Virus record (IMG/VR): IMGVR_UViG_3300042940_001739
DNA length: 64,000 bases
DNA from: a virus
Lineage: Duplodnaviria; Heunggongvirae; Uroviricota; Caudoviricetes
Reading direction: 5' to 3' (one strand)
The notes under the pieces were generated by a model. The model searched no databases, was not told the DNA's origin, and was given only the letters and a program-made list of their open reading frames with translations. Position 1 is the first letter of the stretch, and every line of letters begins with the position of its first letter. A program made the translations under genes and the position numbers. This document shows, one piece after another, positions 1 through 9,794 of the stretch.

Positions 1-52
1 AATGATGATTGCGTTACGAATTCCGGCCGGAATTCGTAACGCAATCATCATT
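1..52. repeat. Perfect 52-bp palindrome (aatgatgattgcgttacgaattccgg|ccggaattcgtaacgcaatcatcatt) abutting the window edge
   Basis: Positions 1-26 are the exact reverse complement of 27-52. The centre is GAATTCCGGCCGGAATTC. It may extend beyond the window start. Confidence 0.9.
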
Positions 53-856
53 GCCGTAGTAGGCTTGATAGTTGGATTCCTTCAACCTTATTCATTTGAG
101 AAAGTTGACAATGGTTACAAAGGATTAAAAATTAGTTTAGTTGGTTCACAACGAGGAGTAACAAATTACCAATACAAGACAGGTTGGGTAGTTTATAATG
201 CTTGGACAGAACAATTAAAAGAGTTTCCATTATATCAGCAACATATCGAATATGACGACCAACAGGTAATTACTAAAGGCGGATTCCCAGCAACTATTAA
301 ACCAACATTTAACTATTCCTTAAAGGAACAATCAATTGGTGATATGTTTGTGAATCTTCGATTAGATATTAAAGAAGTAGAACAAGGTTGGTTAAAGAAT
401 GCAATTATAGGTGCCGTTAATGACGTAGCTAATACATGGGAAATTGATAGCATCTTTGAACATAGACAGTCATTTGAAGCATCTATTGTAACTGAATGTA
501 ATAAGCGTTTAACGAAATGGTTCAATGTGTCACAATTAAGAACAAATATTACTCCTCCAGAAGCATTACAAGACGCAATTATTGCTAAAACAAAAGCAAT
601 TCAACAAGCAGAAGCATCAGAGCAACAAGCATTGACAGCAATTGCTGAAGGGAAGCGTAAGGTAGCGGTTGCTAGAGCAGACTCTGCTGAGTTAATTATT
701 AATGCGGCAGCAGCTGCGCAAGCTATTAGAATCAAGCAAAATCAAATCACTCCAATGTATATTGAGTATTTGAAAGCACAAGCGTGGGATGGTAAATTAC
801 CAACCACAATTGCAGGCAACTCAGGAATGTTTTTGAATGTAGGCGGAAAAAAATAA
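2..856 (+). CDS. SPFH/band-7 (prohibitin/HflC-like) membrane protein; N-terminus unreliable because it runs through the palindrome and is possibly 5'-truncated
   Basis: TM helix IIIAVVGLIVGFL followed by an Ala/Glu/Gln-rich coiled region (AIQQAEASEQQALTAIAEGKRKVAVARADSAE) typical of the band-7 family. Confidence 0.55.
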   Translation: MMIALRIPAGIRNAIIIAVVGLIVGFLQPYSFEKVDNGYKGLKISLVGSQRGVTNYQYKTGWVVYNAWTEQLKEFPLYQQHIEYDDQQVITKGGFPATIKPTFNYSLKEQSIGDMFVNLRLDIKEVEQGWLKNAIIGAVNDVANTWEIDSIFEHRQSFEASIVTECNKRLTKWFNVSQLRTNITPPEALQDAIIAKTKAIQQAEASEQQALTAIAEGKRKVAVARADSAELIINAAAAAQAIRIKQNQITPMYIEYLKAQAWDGKLPTTIAGNSGMFLNVGGKK

Positions 857-875
857 CCCTATCATATAAGTTGAA

Positions 876-904
876 AGCCGTAGCAGAAATGTTGCGGCTT
901 TTTT
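876..904 (+). terminator. Rho-independent terminator (agccgtagc-agaaat-gttgcggct + T6)
   Basis: 9-bp stem, AGAAAT loop, T-run. Same hairpin family as 39441 and 55603. Confidence 0.6.
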
Positions 905-908
905 ACTG

Positions 909-947
909 TTCGGTTGGTTTTTAGTGATAAATTCATTATATTATAAT
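909..947 (+). promoter_or_regulatory. Class II upstream motif (GGTTGG..TTCATTATATTATAAT) directly abutting the ATG
   Basis: Shares the TTTCaTTATATTATA core with 12 other sites. Preceded by TTTTTTACTGTTCGGTTGG, which also occurs at 43027. Confidence 0.4.
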
Positions 948-1907
948 ATGAAAGAAAATGTAAATTACATTGCACCAATATACAAGTTAGCTCTTCGCGA
1001 TGCTACAACGGTACCTAGAAAGATATCATATTCACAATGGTCAATGTATGAGAAATGTCCGCAACAATGGAAACTAGCATACATTGATGGTTTAGCACCA
1101 TTCCAATCTAGCATTGATACTTGCTTCGGAACAGCGTTCCATGAAACATTACAAACATACTTAACTGTAATGTATACAGACTCAATTAAACGAGCTGATG
1201 CAATTGATTTACGTGAATTGTTAACTACCAATCTTCGCAATGAATATGCAAGAACAGTTACCGAATTAGGAGGCGAACATTATTCAAACCCATTACAGTT
1301 AGCAGAATATCTAGAAGACGGAGCTGCAATATTGCAATGGTTTAAGAATCGTCGTGCTACATACTTCTCAACTAAAGATTGGGAATTAGTTGCAATCGAA
1401 ATGGAACTATGTACACAAGCATCTCCAGCCAATCCATCAGTATTTTGGTATGGTTTTATTGATGTTGTTTTGAGAAACACAAAGACTAATGAAATCTTGA
1501 TCATTGATATTAAAACGAGTCGTCAAGGTTGGAATAAATATCAAAAAGCAGATTCAGTGAAAATGGCTCAGCTTATTGCATATAAAAATTATTTCTCACA
1601 ACAATTTGGAACACCTAAAGAAAAGATCAATGTTGAGTTCTTTATTGTGAAAAGAAAGTTGATTGAAGAGTCAATGTTCCCACAAAAGCGTATTCAACAA
1701 GTAATTCCAGCATCAGGAACAGTTACACAAAAGAAAGTTCAAAAAGCAATTGACAAATTTGTTGAAGATTGTTTTGATTTAGAAGGAAACAAGAATGCTG
1801 ATAGGAACTATATGGCATTAGCAGGTAAAGGTGCAAAGAATTGTAAGTATTGTCCGTTCAAAGAAGATTATGCAAATTGTTCTAAAGAAAATAGGATTCG
1901 AGAATAA
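948..1907 (+). CDS. PD-(D/E)XK nuclease with Cas4/RecB-like Fe-S Cys cluster (phage exonuclease-like)
   Basis: N-terminal Cys (EKCPQQW), IDVV...IIDIKTS ((D/E)xK) and C-terminal CKYCPFKEDYANC. The ORF track starts at GTG 924; ATG 948 is more likely. Confidence 0.55.
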   Translation: MKENVNYIAPIYKLALRDATTVPRKISYSQWSMYEKCPQQWKLAYIDGLAPFQSSIDTCFGTAFHETLQTYLTVMYTDSIKRADAIDLRELLTTNLRNEYARTVTELGGEHYSNPLQLAEYLEDGAAILQWFKNRRATYFSTKDWELVAIEMELCTQASPANPSVFWYGFIDVVLRNTKTNEILIIDIKTSRQGWNKYQKADSVKMAQLIAYKNYFSQQFGTPKEKINVEFFIVKRKLIEESMFPQKRIQQVIPASGTVTQKKVQKAIDKFVEDCFDLEGNKNADRNYMALAGKGAKNCKYCPFKEDYANCSKENRIRE

Positions 1908-1925
1908 AATTCATTATATTATAGT

Positions 1926-2135
1926 ATGAAAAGATACACTCACAAACATGTTTATGTATATCAGTTCGAGTTATCAGGTCGAGACAGTTCTAGAGTAGAA
2001 CATGAATATACATTGTGTACTAATGTTGACAATCCTAATTGTAAAGAAAATAGAACTTTATTAGAATCAATGTTGCGATTAGTTTACGGGCATATGCCAA
2101 AAGGTGTTAAATTTTTATATGAAAAAGCATCATGA
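1926..2135 (+). CDS. Hypothetical small protein
   Basis: ORF directly preceded by the class II motif ttcattatattatagt. Confidence 0.3.
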   Translation: MKRYTHKHVYVYQFELSGRDSSRVEHEYTLCTNVDNPNCKENRTLLESMLRLVYGHMPKGVKFLYEKAS

Positions 2136-2536
2136 CAAAAGTAGCAGTTATAGGAAGCACGGGTTGGCAGAATAAAAGAAAAGTCCAACAAACATTGCAA
2201 GAACTAAAAAAGAAATTTCAAGATGATTTAGTAGTTATTGGCGCCGGTGGCAATGAAGGAGCTAATCATATGGTTAGAAAGTACTCAATTGAATTCGGAA
2301 TTGAGTATAAAGAATTTAATCCATCTTTTTCAGGATTTAATTTATATTCAGCAATGCCAGAATCATATTATGGTAAAGCATATCATTTTAGTCAATTACA
2401 TCATCGAATGAAACTTATCGCACAACAATGTGATTATATGATGATATTAACTACAGAGACAGCGTTAGATCCTGTATTAAAGACAGCATTCACAAATGTC
2501 AAAAAATTAGAAAAACCGGTGGTTATCTTAGGATAA
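2132..2536 (+). CDS. Hypothetical protein, Rossmann-like (possible SLOG/DprA-like fold)
   Basis: VAVIGSTGW...VVIGAGGNEGA glycine-rich loops. ATGA overlap with the upstream ORF. Confidence 0.3.
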   Translation: MTKVAVIGSTGWQNKRKVQQTLQELKKKFQDDLVVIGAGGNEGANHMVRKYSIEFGIEYKEFNPSFSGFNLYSAMPESYYGKAYHFSQLHHRMKLIAQQCDYMMILTTETALDPVLKTAFTNVKKLEKPVVILG

Positions 2537-2566
2537 TCATATTTATATTAAAGTTATAAGGAAAAA

Positions 2567-4057
2567 ATGGAGTTACCAAAGTTACAAAAGATTGACCCTA
2601 ACAAGCCGCAAAAAAAGAAAATTTTGTTGTTAGGCGATGATTTTCGATTACCTTCTGGAATTGGAACAGTTAGTAAAGAGATTATTTTAAATACAGTTAA
2701 AGAGTTTGATTGGATTCAATTAGGAGCTGCAATTAATCACCCAGATGCTGGCCAAGCATTTGACTTATCTCAAGAAATTGCAAAAGAAACTGGAGTTGAA
2801 GATGCCTCAGTTAAATTGATTCCTTGGAACGGTTATGGAGATAGAAATATTCTATTTGCAATTATTAATCAAGAACAGCCAGATGCAATTCTTCATTTTA
2901 CTGACCCTCGTTATTGGACATGGCTATATGCAATTGAGCATGAGATAAAAACAACATTCAATATTCCAATTACATATTATTCAATTTGGGATGATTTACC
3001 ATATCCTATGTGGAACGCGCCATTTTATGCTAGTTGTGATATGATTATGGGAATTAGTAAGCAATCAGATAATATACATAGAGAAGTTCTTAAACAGAAC
3101 GGTATTCCAGTAATTAATTATGATGAAGGCGATTCATTACCGATGGATAAGAAATGGAATCAGGTTTTAACTGGTTATGTGCCACACGGATTGAATCATA
3201 ACATATTTAAGCCATTATCTGCATCAGACGATCTTTTGATTTCAATGAAGAAACAAATCAAAGAAACGCATAAAGTTGATTTCGTTGTAATGTGGAATAA
3301 TCGTAATATTCGTAGAAAACAACCAGGAGATGTAATTTTAGCATTTAAAACGTTTGTAGATAAATTACCAGAAGAACAACGTAGCAAAGTAGCATTGTTA
3401 ATGCATACACAGCCAGTAGATGAAAATGGAACAGACCTAAGAGCTGTTTGGAAGACATTAGCACCTGATTGTAAAGTTATCTTTTCAGAACAAAAAATGT
3501 CTGCACAAGATCTTAATGCAATGTATAATGTAGCAGATGTTGTAGTTAATATCGGATCAAATGAAGGATGGGGACTTAGCTCAACTGAAGCAATCTTATC
3601 AGGAACACCGATTATTAACAATGTAACGGGTGGATTACAAGACCAATGTGGTTTTGAAGATGAACATGGTAATTGGCTTAGATTTGATGGTGAATTTTCA
3701 ACTAATCACACCGGGAAATTTAAAAAACATGGATTATGGGTTCAACCAGTATTCCCTAGCAATAGATCATTGCAAGGATCACCACAAACACCTTATATTT
3801 TTGATGATCGAGTAAAATTTGAAGATGTAGCAGAAGCAATAGCATATTGGTACAATATGACAGAAGAAAATCGTACTGCTGCTGGATTTGAAGGTAGAAC
3901 ATGGGCGTTAGCTAATGGGTTGACAGCAGAACAAATGGGTAACAAAATGATATCAATGTTCCGCGACTTATTTTCAATGCATAGAGAATTAAGACCGTTA
4001 TTTACGGTAACAAAAGTTGAACCAACAAGATATCAATTAACAGGAATTGTAGAATAA
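2567..4057 (+). CDS. Glycosyltransferase, GT-B fold (GT1/GT4-like)
   Basis: EGWGLSSTEAILSGTPII matches the EX7E-type donor-binding motif of group-1 glycosyltransferases. Confidence 0.55.
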   Translation: MELPKLQKIDPNKPQKKKILLLGDDFRLPSGIGTVSKEIILNTVKEFDWIQLGAAINHPDAGQAFDLSQEIAKETGVEDASVKLIPWNGYGDRNILFAIINQEQPDAILHFTDPRYWTWLYAIEHEIKTTFNIPITYYSIWDDLPYPMWNAPFYASCDMIMGISKQSDNIHREVLKQNGIPVINYDEGDSLPMDKKWNQVLTGYVPHGLNHNIFKPLSASDDLLISMKKQIKETHKVDFVVMWNNRNIRRKQPGDVILAFKTFVDKLPEEQRSKVALLMHTQPVDENGTDLRAVWKTLAPDCKVIFSEQKMSAQDLNAMYNVADVVVNIGSNEGWGLSSTEAILSGTPIINNVTGGLQDQCGFEDEHGNWLRFDGEFSTNHTGKFKKHGLWVQPVFPSNRSLQGSPQTPYIFDDRVKFEDVAEAIAYWYNMTEENRTAAGFEGRTWALANGLTAEQMGNKMISMFRDLFSMHRELRPLFTVTKVEPTRYQLTGIVE

Positions 4058-5289
4058 TGAGAAAAGTAGTTATAGCGTCGCCAGTAGCGACACAGTCAGG
4101 ATATGGTCATCATGCACGTGAAATTATCACAAACATTATTGAACAACGCGGCAAAGAATGGGATGTTAAATTAGTTTCATTACCGTGGGGACATACCCCA
4201 ATGACATATCCAATATCAGTAGATTTACAACTTCGTATTATTCCATTGCCATTACAAGAACAACCTGATATTTGGATTCAAGTTTCAGTTCCAAATGAGC
4301 TTCAAGCAGTAGGTAAATATAACATAGGAGTCACTGCGGGAACTGAAGGAAGTATTTGTCCTGCAGAATGGATTGACAAACTAAATGCAATGAATTTAGT
4401 AATTGTCCCGAGCGAATTTACAAAGTCAGTATTTGAAGAAACTGCAAAACAATCTAATAAAGTAATAACTACTAAAATTGAAGTAGTACCAGAATATTTT
4501 GATGAAACAGTTTATACAAACAAACAAGTTAAAAACTTAGATGAGTTAAATTCAATTGAAGAGGATTTTGCATTTTTATCAGTTGGACATTGGCTTCAGG
4601 GTCAACCCGGAGAAGATCGTAAAAACGTTAGTGGATTAGTTCATACATTTTTAAATACATACCAAGGAAAAAAAGATGCACCTGCATTAATATTAAAAAC
4701 GAGTGGTGCTACTTATAGTATCATGGATCGAATGGATATTGAGGATCGTATCAATCAAATTAGAAGCATGTTTGCTACAACGAAACTACCTAATATATAT
4801 TTAGTGCACGGCGAGTTAACTGATGATGAAATGAATTCATTATACAATCACTCTAAAGTTAAAGCAATGGTATCATTTACTAAAGCTGAAGGATTCGGCC
4901 GACCATTATTAGAATTTGCATCAACAGGTAAACCAATTATCGCTCCACACTATTCAGGACAAGCAGACTTCCTTAAGAAAGATTTTATTTGTGCATTACC
5001 TGGAGCACAAACTCCAATACACCAATCAGCTCAAAATGAGTTTTTAATTGAAGGTGCAACATGGTTTACTCCAGATTATGGATATGCTGGTAAAATGATG
5101 CAGGAGATACAAAAGAATTACAAGAAATGGTTAGAGCTAGGAAAAAGACAACGCTATTTTGTGACTTCATCATTTACTAAAACTGCAGTAGCAGAAGTAT
5201 ATGAACGTATATTATCTGATATTGATTCAGGAATAGAATCTATTCCAATGGCGATGCAATTAAAACTTCCTAATTTAGAAACACTATGA
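4057..5289 (+). CDS. Glycosyltransferase, GT-B fold (group 1)
   Basis: AEGFGRPLLEFASTGKPII motif. Start overlaps the stop of the previous gene. Confidence 0.55.
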   Translation: MRKVVIASPVATQSGYGHHAREIITNIIEQRGKEWDVKLVSLPWGHTPMTYPISVDLQLRIIPLPLQEQPDIWIQVSVPNELQAVGKYNIGVTAGTEGSICPAEWIDKLNAMNLVIVPSEFTKSVFEETAKQSNKVITTKIEVVPEYFDETVYTNKQVKNLDELNSIEEDFAFLSVGHWLQGQPGEDRKNVSGLVHTFLNTYQGKKDAPALILKTSGATYSIMDRMDIEDRINQIRSMFATTKLPNIYLVHGELTDDEMNSLYNHSKVKAMVSFTKAEGFGRPLLEFASTGKPIIAPHYSGQADFLKKDFICALPGAQTPIHQSAQNEFLIEGATWFTPDYGYAGKMMQEIQKNYKKWLELGKRQRYFVTSSFTKTAVAEVYERILSDIDSGIESIPMAMQLKLPNLETL

Positions 5290-5933
5290 AAATAACATAT
5301 GCATTAACAGTTTGTAATGAGTTTATTGAAATACAAACACTCATTACATTCTTGTTGAAAAATAAAAGATTATATGATGAAATTGTAGTGCAAATGGATC
5401 TTAACGTGGATGACATGAAAAATCAACCAGAAGATAAGAAACAAGTGTTTGCTTATATCATGAAGCTTCAAGAACATGGTCAATTAAGAGTAATATTTCA
5501 TCAATTGAATAATGACTTTGCAGCATTTAAAAATCATTTAACAGATCAATGCAACGGAGATTATATCTTCCAGATTGATGCTGATGAATTACCACACAAA
5601 AAACTTATAGAAGTTTTACCATTTGTATTAGAAGAAAATGATGATTGTGAAGTATTTTTAGTACCAAGAGTTAATACAGTAGAAGGTTTGACTTTAGGAC
5701 ATATCAACAAATGGCGTTGGAATGTAAATGATGCGGGATGGATTAACTGGCCAGATAACCAATGGCGCATTTGGAAAAAGAAACCAGAAATCAAATGGAT
5801 TAATAAAGTTCATGAAAAATTAGATGGGTTTAAAACGTGGACAATATTACCAGAAATGGAAGAGTTTGCATTATATCATCCAAAAGAAATTGAAAGACAG
5901 GAAAAACAAAACGAATATTACAACACATTATGA
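5286..5933 (+). CDS. Putative GT-A (family-2-like) glycosyltransferase
   Basis: N-terminal ITYALTVCNE resembles the GT2 N-terminus, plus a DADE (DxD-like) motif. Weak. Confidence 0.35.
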   Translation: MKITYALTVCNEFIEIQTLITFLLKNKRLYDEIVVQMDLNVDDMKNQPEDKKQVFAYIMKLQEHGQLRVIFHQLNNDFAAFKNHLTDQCNGDYIFQIDADELPHKKLIEVLPFVLEENDDCEVFLVPRVNTVEGLTLGHINKWRWNVNDAGWINWPDNQWRIWKKKPEIKWINKVHEKLDGFKTWTILPEMEEFALYHPKEIERQEKQNEYYNTL

Positions 5934-6421
5934 TAAATACAATACAACATTTAGAAAATCATTACCCAGCATTTCAAGCACAAGGCAATGCAGCACAATT
6001 TGCAATACCGTTTGCTAAACATGTATGTTCTGGAACTGGCGTAGATGTCGGATGCAATCGAGAAGAATGGAAATTCCCAGGAGCATATGCGGTAGACCCA
6101 GCAATTAATGATTATGATGCATTAAACTTTCCGTATGATAATTTAGATTATATTTTTAGTTCACATTGTTTAGAACATTTAACTAGTTGGGTAGATGTTT
6201 TAGATTACTGGACATCTAAATTAAAAAGTGGAGGAGTATTATTTTTATATTTACCTGATTATTCACAATCATATTGGAGACCATGGCATAATAGAAAACA
6301 TTTGAATATATTTACGCCAACTATCATTAAAGACTATATGCATGACAATGGTTATACAAATATATTTTCAAGCGGCGTTGATTTGAATAATGCATTTATG
6401 ATTATGGGCGAGAAAAAGTAA
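5930..6421 (+). CDS. Class I SAM-dependent methyltransferase
   Basis: VDVGCNREEW (motif I-like) and LEHL...GGVLFLYLPD (type-11 methyltransferase pattern). Confidence 0.5.
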   Translation: MINTIQHLENHYPAFQAQGNAAQFAIPFAKHVCSGTGVDVGCNREEWKFPGAYAVDPAINDYDALNFPYDNLDYIFSSHCLEHLTSWVDVLDYWTSKLKSGGVLFLYLPDYSQSYWRPWHNRKHLNIFTPTIIKDYMHDNGYTNIFSSGVDLNNAFMIMGEKK

Positions 6422-7056
6422 TGAATAATAAATTACATATCATCACAGGATATACTGAAAATATAAAACAGTTATCTGATTTATCATATGACAGTTTGCA
6501 AAAGTATTGCAATTTGCATAATATCAATCATACGCGGTATCTTATAACAGAAACAGAACGACCGCCTAGCTGGTATAAAGTTAAATTGATATTGTCAGAG
6601 TTTGAAAAAGGAGCAGAATATGTAATGTGGGTTGATTCTGACACAACAGTTATTAATTTTGATTTTAATATTTTAGATTTATTAGATGACTCTAAGATTT
6701 ATTTAAGTAAAGATATTAATGGTATTAATTGCGGTATAATGATTTGGAAAAAATCTGATACATCAATTGAGATATTAAACAAAGTCTGGTCGCTCACTGA
6801 ATTTATAAATCATAATTGGTGGGAGCAAGCAGCATTTAGAAGTTTATATGATGTAAATTTTAATGATTTACAAAATATTACAAAAATAATTAACCAGCAT
6901 GACCTAAATTCATATGACTATAATTTATATGGAATGCATTACCCAGAAGGCCAATGGTCAGCAAGTTCATTTTTAATACATTTTCCTGGGCTTTCAAATG
7001 AACGACGAATACAATTAATTAATCAATTTAAAGAACAATATGATATATCAAACTAA
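6421..7056 (+). CDS. Nucleotide-sugar transferase with DXD motif (GT32-like)
   Basis: WYKVKLILSEFEKGAEYVMWVDSDTTVI resembles the sugar-binding DXD region of GT32/capsule-synthesis transferases. Confidence 0.4.
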   Translation: MNNKLHIITGYTENIKQLSDLSYDSLQKYCNLHNINHTRYLITETERPPSWYKVKLILSEFEKGAEYVMWVDSDTTVINFDFNILDLLDDSKIYLSKDINGINCGIMIWKKSDTSIEILNKVWSLTEFINHNWWEQAAFRSLYDVNFNDLQNITKIINQHDLNSYDYNLYGMHYPEGQWSASSFLIHFPGLSNERRIQLINQFKEQYDISN

Positions 7057-7579
7057 CCCAATAGTAGCAATGGATCGTAATCACATACATTTGATCCACG
7101 CATTAATAACATGTAATAAACCAGAATCAGTGTTAGAAATTGGAATTGGCTCTGGGCTTGTAACAAATTCTATTATAGACGCATTTAATTATAATCAACA
7201 ACAAGTAAATTTAACGTGTGTTGATAATTTTTTAGACTGGAATGGCAACGCACCTATAGGATTTGAACGATTCCAGGATTCTATAAAATTTATTCACTCA
7301 AACGAAAAAGATTTTGTATCAACACACAAGTTAACGTATGATTTTATAGTTTCAGATGCTGACCATCATCATACAAATGAATGGGTTGATAAAACATTTA
7401 ATTTACTAAACCCAAATGGTATATTAATTTATCATGATGTAACAAATAAAGATTTTCCAAATCTATTTGAAATAATTCAGTTTGCTAAAAACAACAAAAT
7501 TAGATATTCATTATTCAATAAAAGTAGTTTATCTGATGAACGATGTGAACGAGGTTTATTGGTAATTTATAAAGATTAA
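7040..7579 (+). CDS. Class I SAM-dependent (O-)methyltransferase
   Basis: VLEIGIGSGLVTN (motif I) and FIVSDADHHH...NGILIYHDV. Confidence 0.5.
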   Translation: MIYQTNPIVAMDRNHIHLIHALITCNKPESVLEIGIGSGLVTNSIIDAFNYNQQQVNLTCVDNFLDWNGNAPIGFERFQDSIKFIHSNEKDFVSTHKLTYDFIVSDADHHHTNEWVDKTFNLLNPNGILIYHDVTNKDFPNLFEIIQFAKNNKIRYSLFNKSSLSDERCERGLLVIYKD

Positions 7580-7580
7580 T

Positions 7581-8300
7581 ATGATTACAGTTAAACATTC
7601 CGGAAATGTTGGTGATATTATATATTCATTGCCAGTAGTTATGCATTTAAGTAAACTCGAAAATAAGAAAATTAGATTTTATTTGAATCCAATTGACAAC
7701 CGAATGTCATTAGAATTAGCTAATGTTTTAAAACCATTATTAGATCATCAGGATTATATAGAATCAGTTGAAATATATAATAATGAACATGTTGATTATG
7801 ATTTAGATTTATTTAGAACAATGCATACGCCTGCAGGTAATTTAGGCGAATTACATGCTAAAGTTTTTGATTATGATTTTTCAATATTAAACGAACAATC
7901 TATTTTTATCGATGATTCATATAATGCAAATTTGCCAATATATGATATTATTATTAATCGTACGGAACGATATAATAATCCAAAGTTTCCATGGCAAGAT
8001 ATTTTAAATACACAATATGCAAATCACACTAAATGTTTTGTAGGAACTAGATTAGAATATGAATTGTTTATCGAAACTTATAATTTTTCTGATATAGATT
8101 ATATACCAACAACAGACTTTTTACAAGTTGCTTGGTTGATAAAAAATTCAAAAATATTCATAGGCAACTGTAGTTCGCCATATGCTATTGCAGAAACAAT
8201 GAAACATACATCTATACAAGAATCTTGTCAATGGTGTTTAACATGTTTATATAAACGACCGAATGCATATTACTTTATCAATGAGATTATACAATTATGA
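7581..8300 (+). CDS. Hypothetical; possible GT9 (heptosyltransferase-like) glycosyltransferase
   Basis: N-terminus ITVKHSGNVGDIIYSLPVVMHL resembles the GT9 RxxxxGDxxxxxP motif. Weak. Confidence 0.3.
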   Translation: MITVKHSGNVGDIIYSLPVVMHLSKLENKKIRFYLNPIDNRMSLELANVLKPLLDHQDYIESVEIYNNEHVDYDLDLFRTMHTPAGNLGELHAKVFDYDFSILNEQSIFIDDSYNANLPIYDIIINRTERYNNPKFPWQDILNTQYANHTKCFVGTRLEYELFIETYNFSDIDYIPTTDFLQVAWLIKNSKIFIGNCSSPYAIAETMKHTSIQESCQWCLTCLYKRPNAYYFINEIIQL

Positions 8301-9439
8301 CAAATAACATTTCATTACTAGTAGGCTTAAAAAATAATTTAGACTACAATAAACATTTTTACGAAACAACGAGAACATTGTATCCAGATGTAGAAATATG
8401 TTTTGTAAGTTATGGATCGACTGACGGAACTCACGAATGGTTAGAAACATTATCAGATAACAATTTGAATTATTTTTATTCAACTGAAAATAAAACATTT
8501 TCTGATACATTTAATAAAGCAGCAGAGTTAGCAACAAATGATTATGTAGCATATCTTCATAATGATATTGTGTTAGCACCAGGATTTATTGAAAATTTAG
8601 AAAAACACGTATCTGAAAATAATGTAGTTGCATATACCACAATAGAGCCGCCTATATTCGCAGATCATGAGCGTCCTGGTAAAATTATATATGATTTAGG
8701 TGACTCGTTAGAGACGTTCGATAAAGATGCTTTATATGAATTTGTTAAACAAGAACAATTAAAGTATTTAGACAAAACAGAGCCAGGCATTACGTTTTTT
8801 ATGTGTATGCCTAGAGCTAAATTGTTAGATATTGGAGGTATGGATAATTTATTCAATCCAATGTTCTGTGAAGATGATGATTTAATTCGTCGTTGGAAAA
8901 TGTTAGGGATGAATTGTTTTACTGCATTAGATTCCATATGTTATCACTTTGTTAGCAAGACATCTAGATTTTCTGAAGAATACCAAAATAGAACTCAGCA
9001 GATTGAACTAGCTTCTAATAGAAATTATATTAGAAAATGGGGAACTAAATCAAATGCCCCTAAATATGATATTGCAATTCAAGTTAAAGGATGTAATATG
9101 CAATTATTAGAATTGTTAGAACCATATTGCAATAGAATTTTTATTGATGATGAAATGGAAGTTTTATTTTCATATTATTATGAAACTGAACAACCTAAAA
9201 CTAAGTTTGATTTAAAAACTAGAATCAACACTCAAGGATATGATGTTCCGAGTGATTATCATGATATAGTTGTTGAATGTAATAAAAATTCATTTGGACA
9301 ACAAGAATTTGTTTATATAGTTCAACTTCCAGAAATTATAGAACAAAGCGGAGAGTTAGGAACATTTAAACTAGGAAACCTAACAATTACAATCAATCAT
9401 TTAAACACATACGAAAAAAATCTCGTTAATATCGAATAA
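8297..9439 (+). CDS. Putative family-2 glycosyltransferase
   Basis: Beta-strand-rich N-terminal domain with YLHNDIVL and an EDDD acidic motif. ATGA overlap with the upstream gene. Confidence 0.4.
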   Translation: MTNNISLLVGLKNNLDYNKHFYETTRTLYPDVEICFVSYGSTDGTHEWLETLSDNNLNYFYSTENKTFSDTFNKAAELATNDYVAYLHNDIVLAPGFIENLEKHVSENNVVAYTTIEPPIFADHERPGKIIYDLGDSLETFDKDALYEFVKQEQLKYLDKTEPGITFFMCMPRAKLLDIGGMDNLFNPMFCEDDDLIRRWKMLGMNCFTALDSICYHFVSKTSRFSEEYQNRTQQIELASNRNYIRKWGTKSNAPKYDIAIQVKGCNMQLLELLEPYCNRIFIDDEMEVLFSYYYETEQPKTKFDLKTRINTQGYDVPSDYHDIVVECNKNSFGQQEFVYIVQLPEIIEQSGELGTFKLGNLTITINHLNTYEKNLVNIE

Positions 9440-9509
9440 AACCATATTTATAATAAAGTTACTCTTAATAACTAGTTACGCCATTAATAATTTATAAAAA
9501 AGGAAAAAA

Positions 9510-9776
9510 ATGGCAGGAAAAGGATTTAAGCAGATCTTTAAAAACTCGAACGATTACAATGAAAAAACTATCATTGGATTTATGTCTTTCGCAGTAATGA
9601 CATTAGCAATGATTGTTGATCTAGTTACTGGATACTTCGGTAATGAATTGAAACTTAATGAGTACATTTACAATTCATTTGTAGTGGTAACATTAGGTAG
9701 TCTGGGTATTGCAGGTTTAGAAAAATTTGCAGGAAAGAAATCAGCTAGTTCAGACGAAAATTCAGAGGAACTTTAA
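9510..9776 (+). CDS. Small membrane protein, holin candidate
   Basis: 88 aa with a hydrophobic helix (IIGFMSFAVMTLAMIVDLVTGYF), immediately upstream of the endolysin. Class III motif upstream. Confidence 0.3.
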   Translation: MAGKGFKQIFKNSNDYNEKTIIGFMSFAVMTLAMIVDLVTGYFGNELKLNEYIYNSFVVVTLGSLGIAGLEKFAGKKSASSDENSEEL

Positions 9777-9794
9777 TTATAATTTAGGAGTTTT

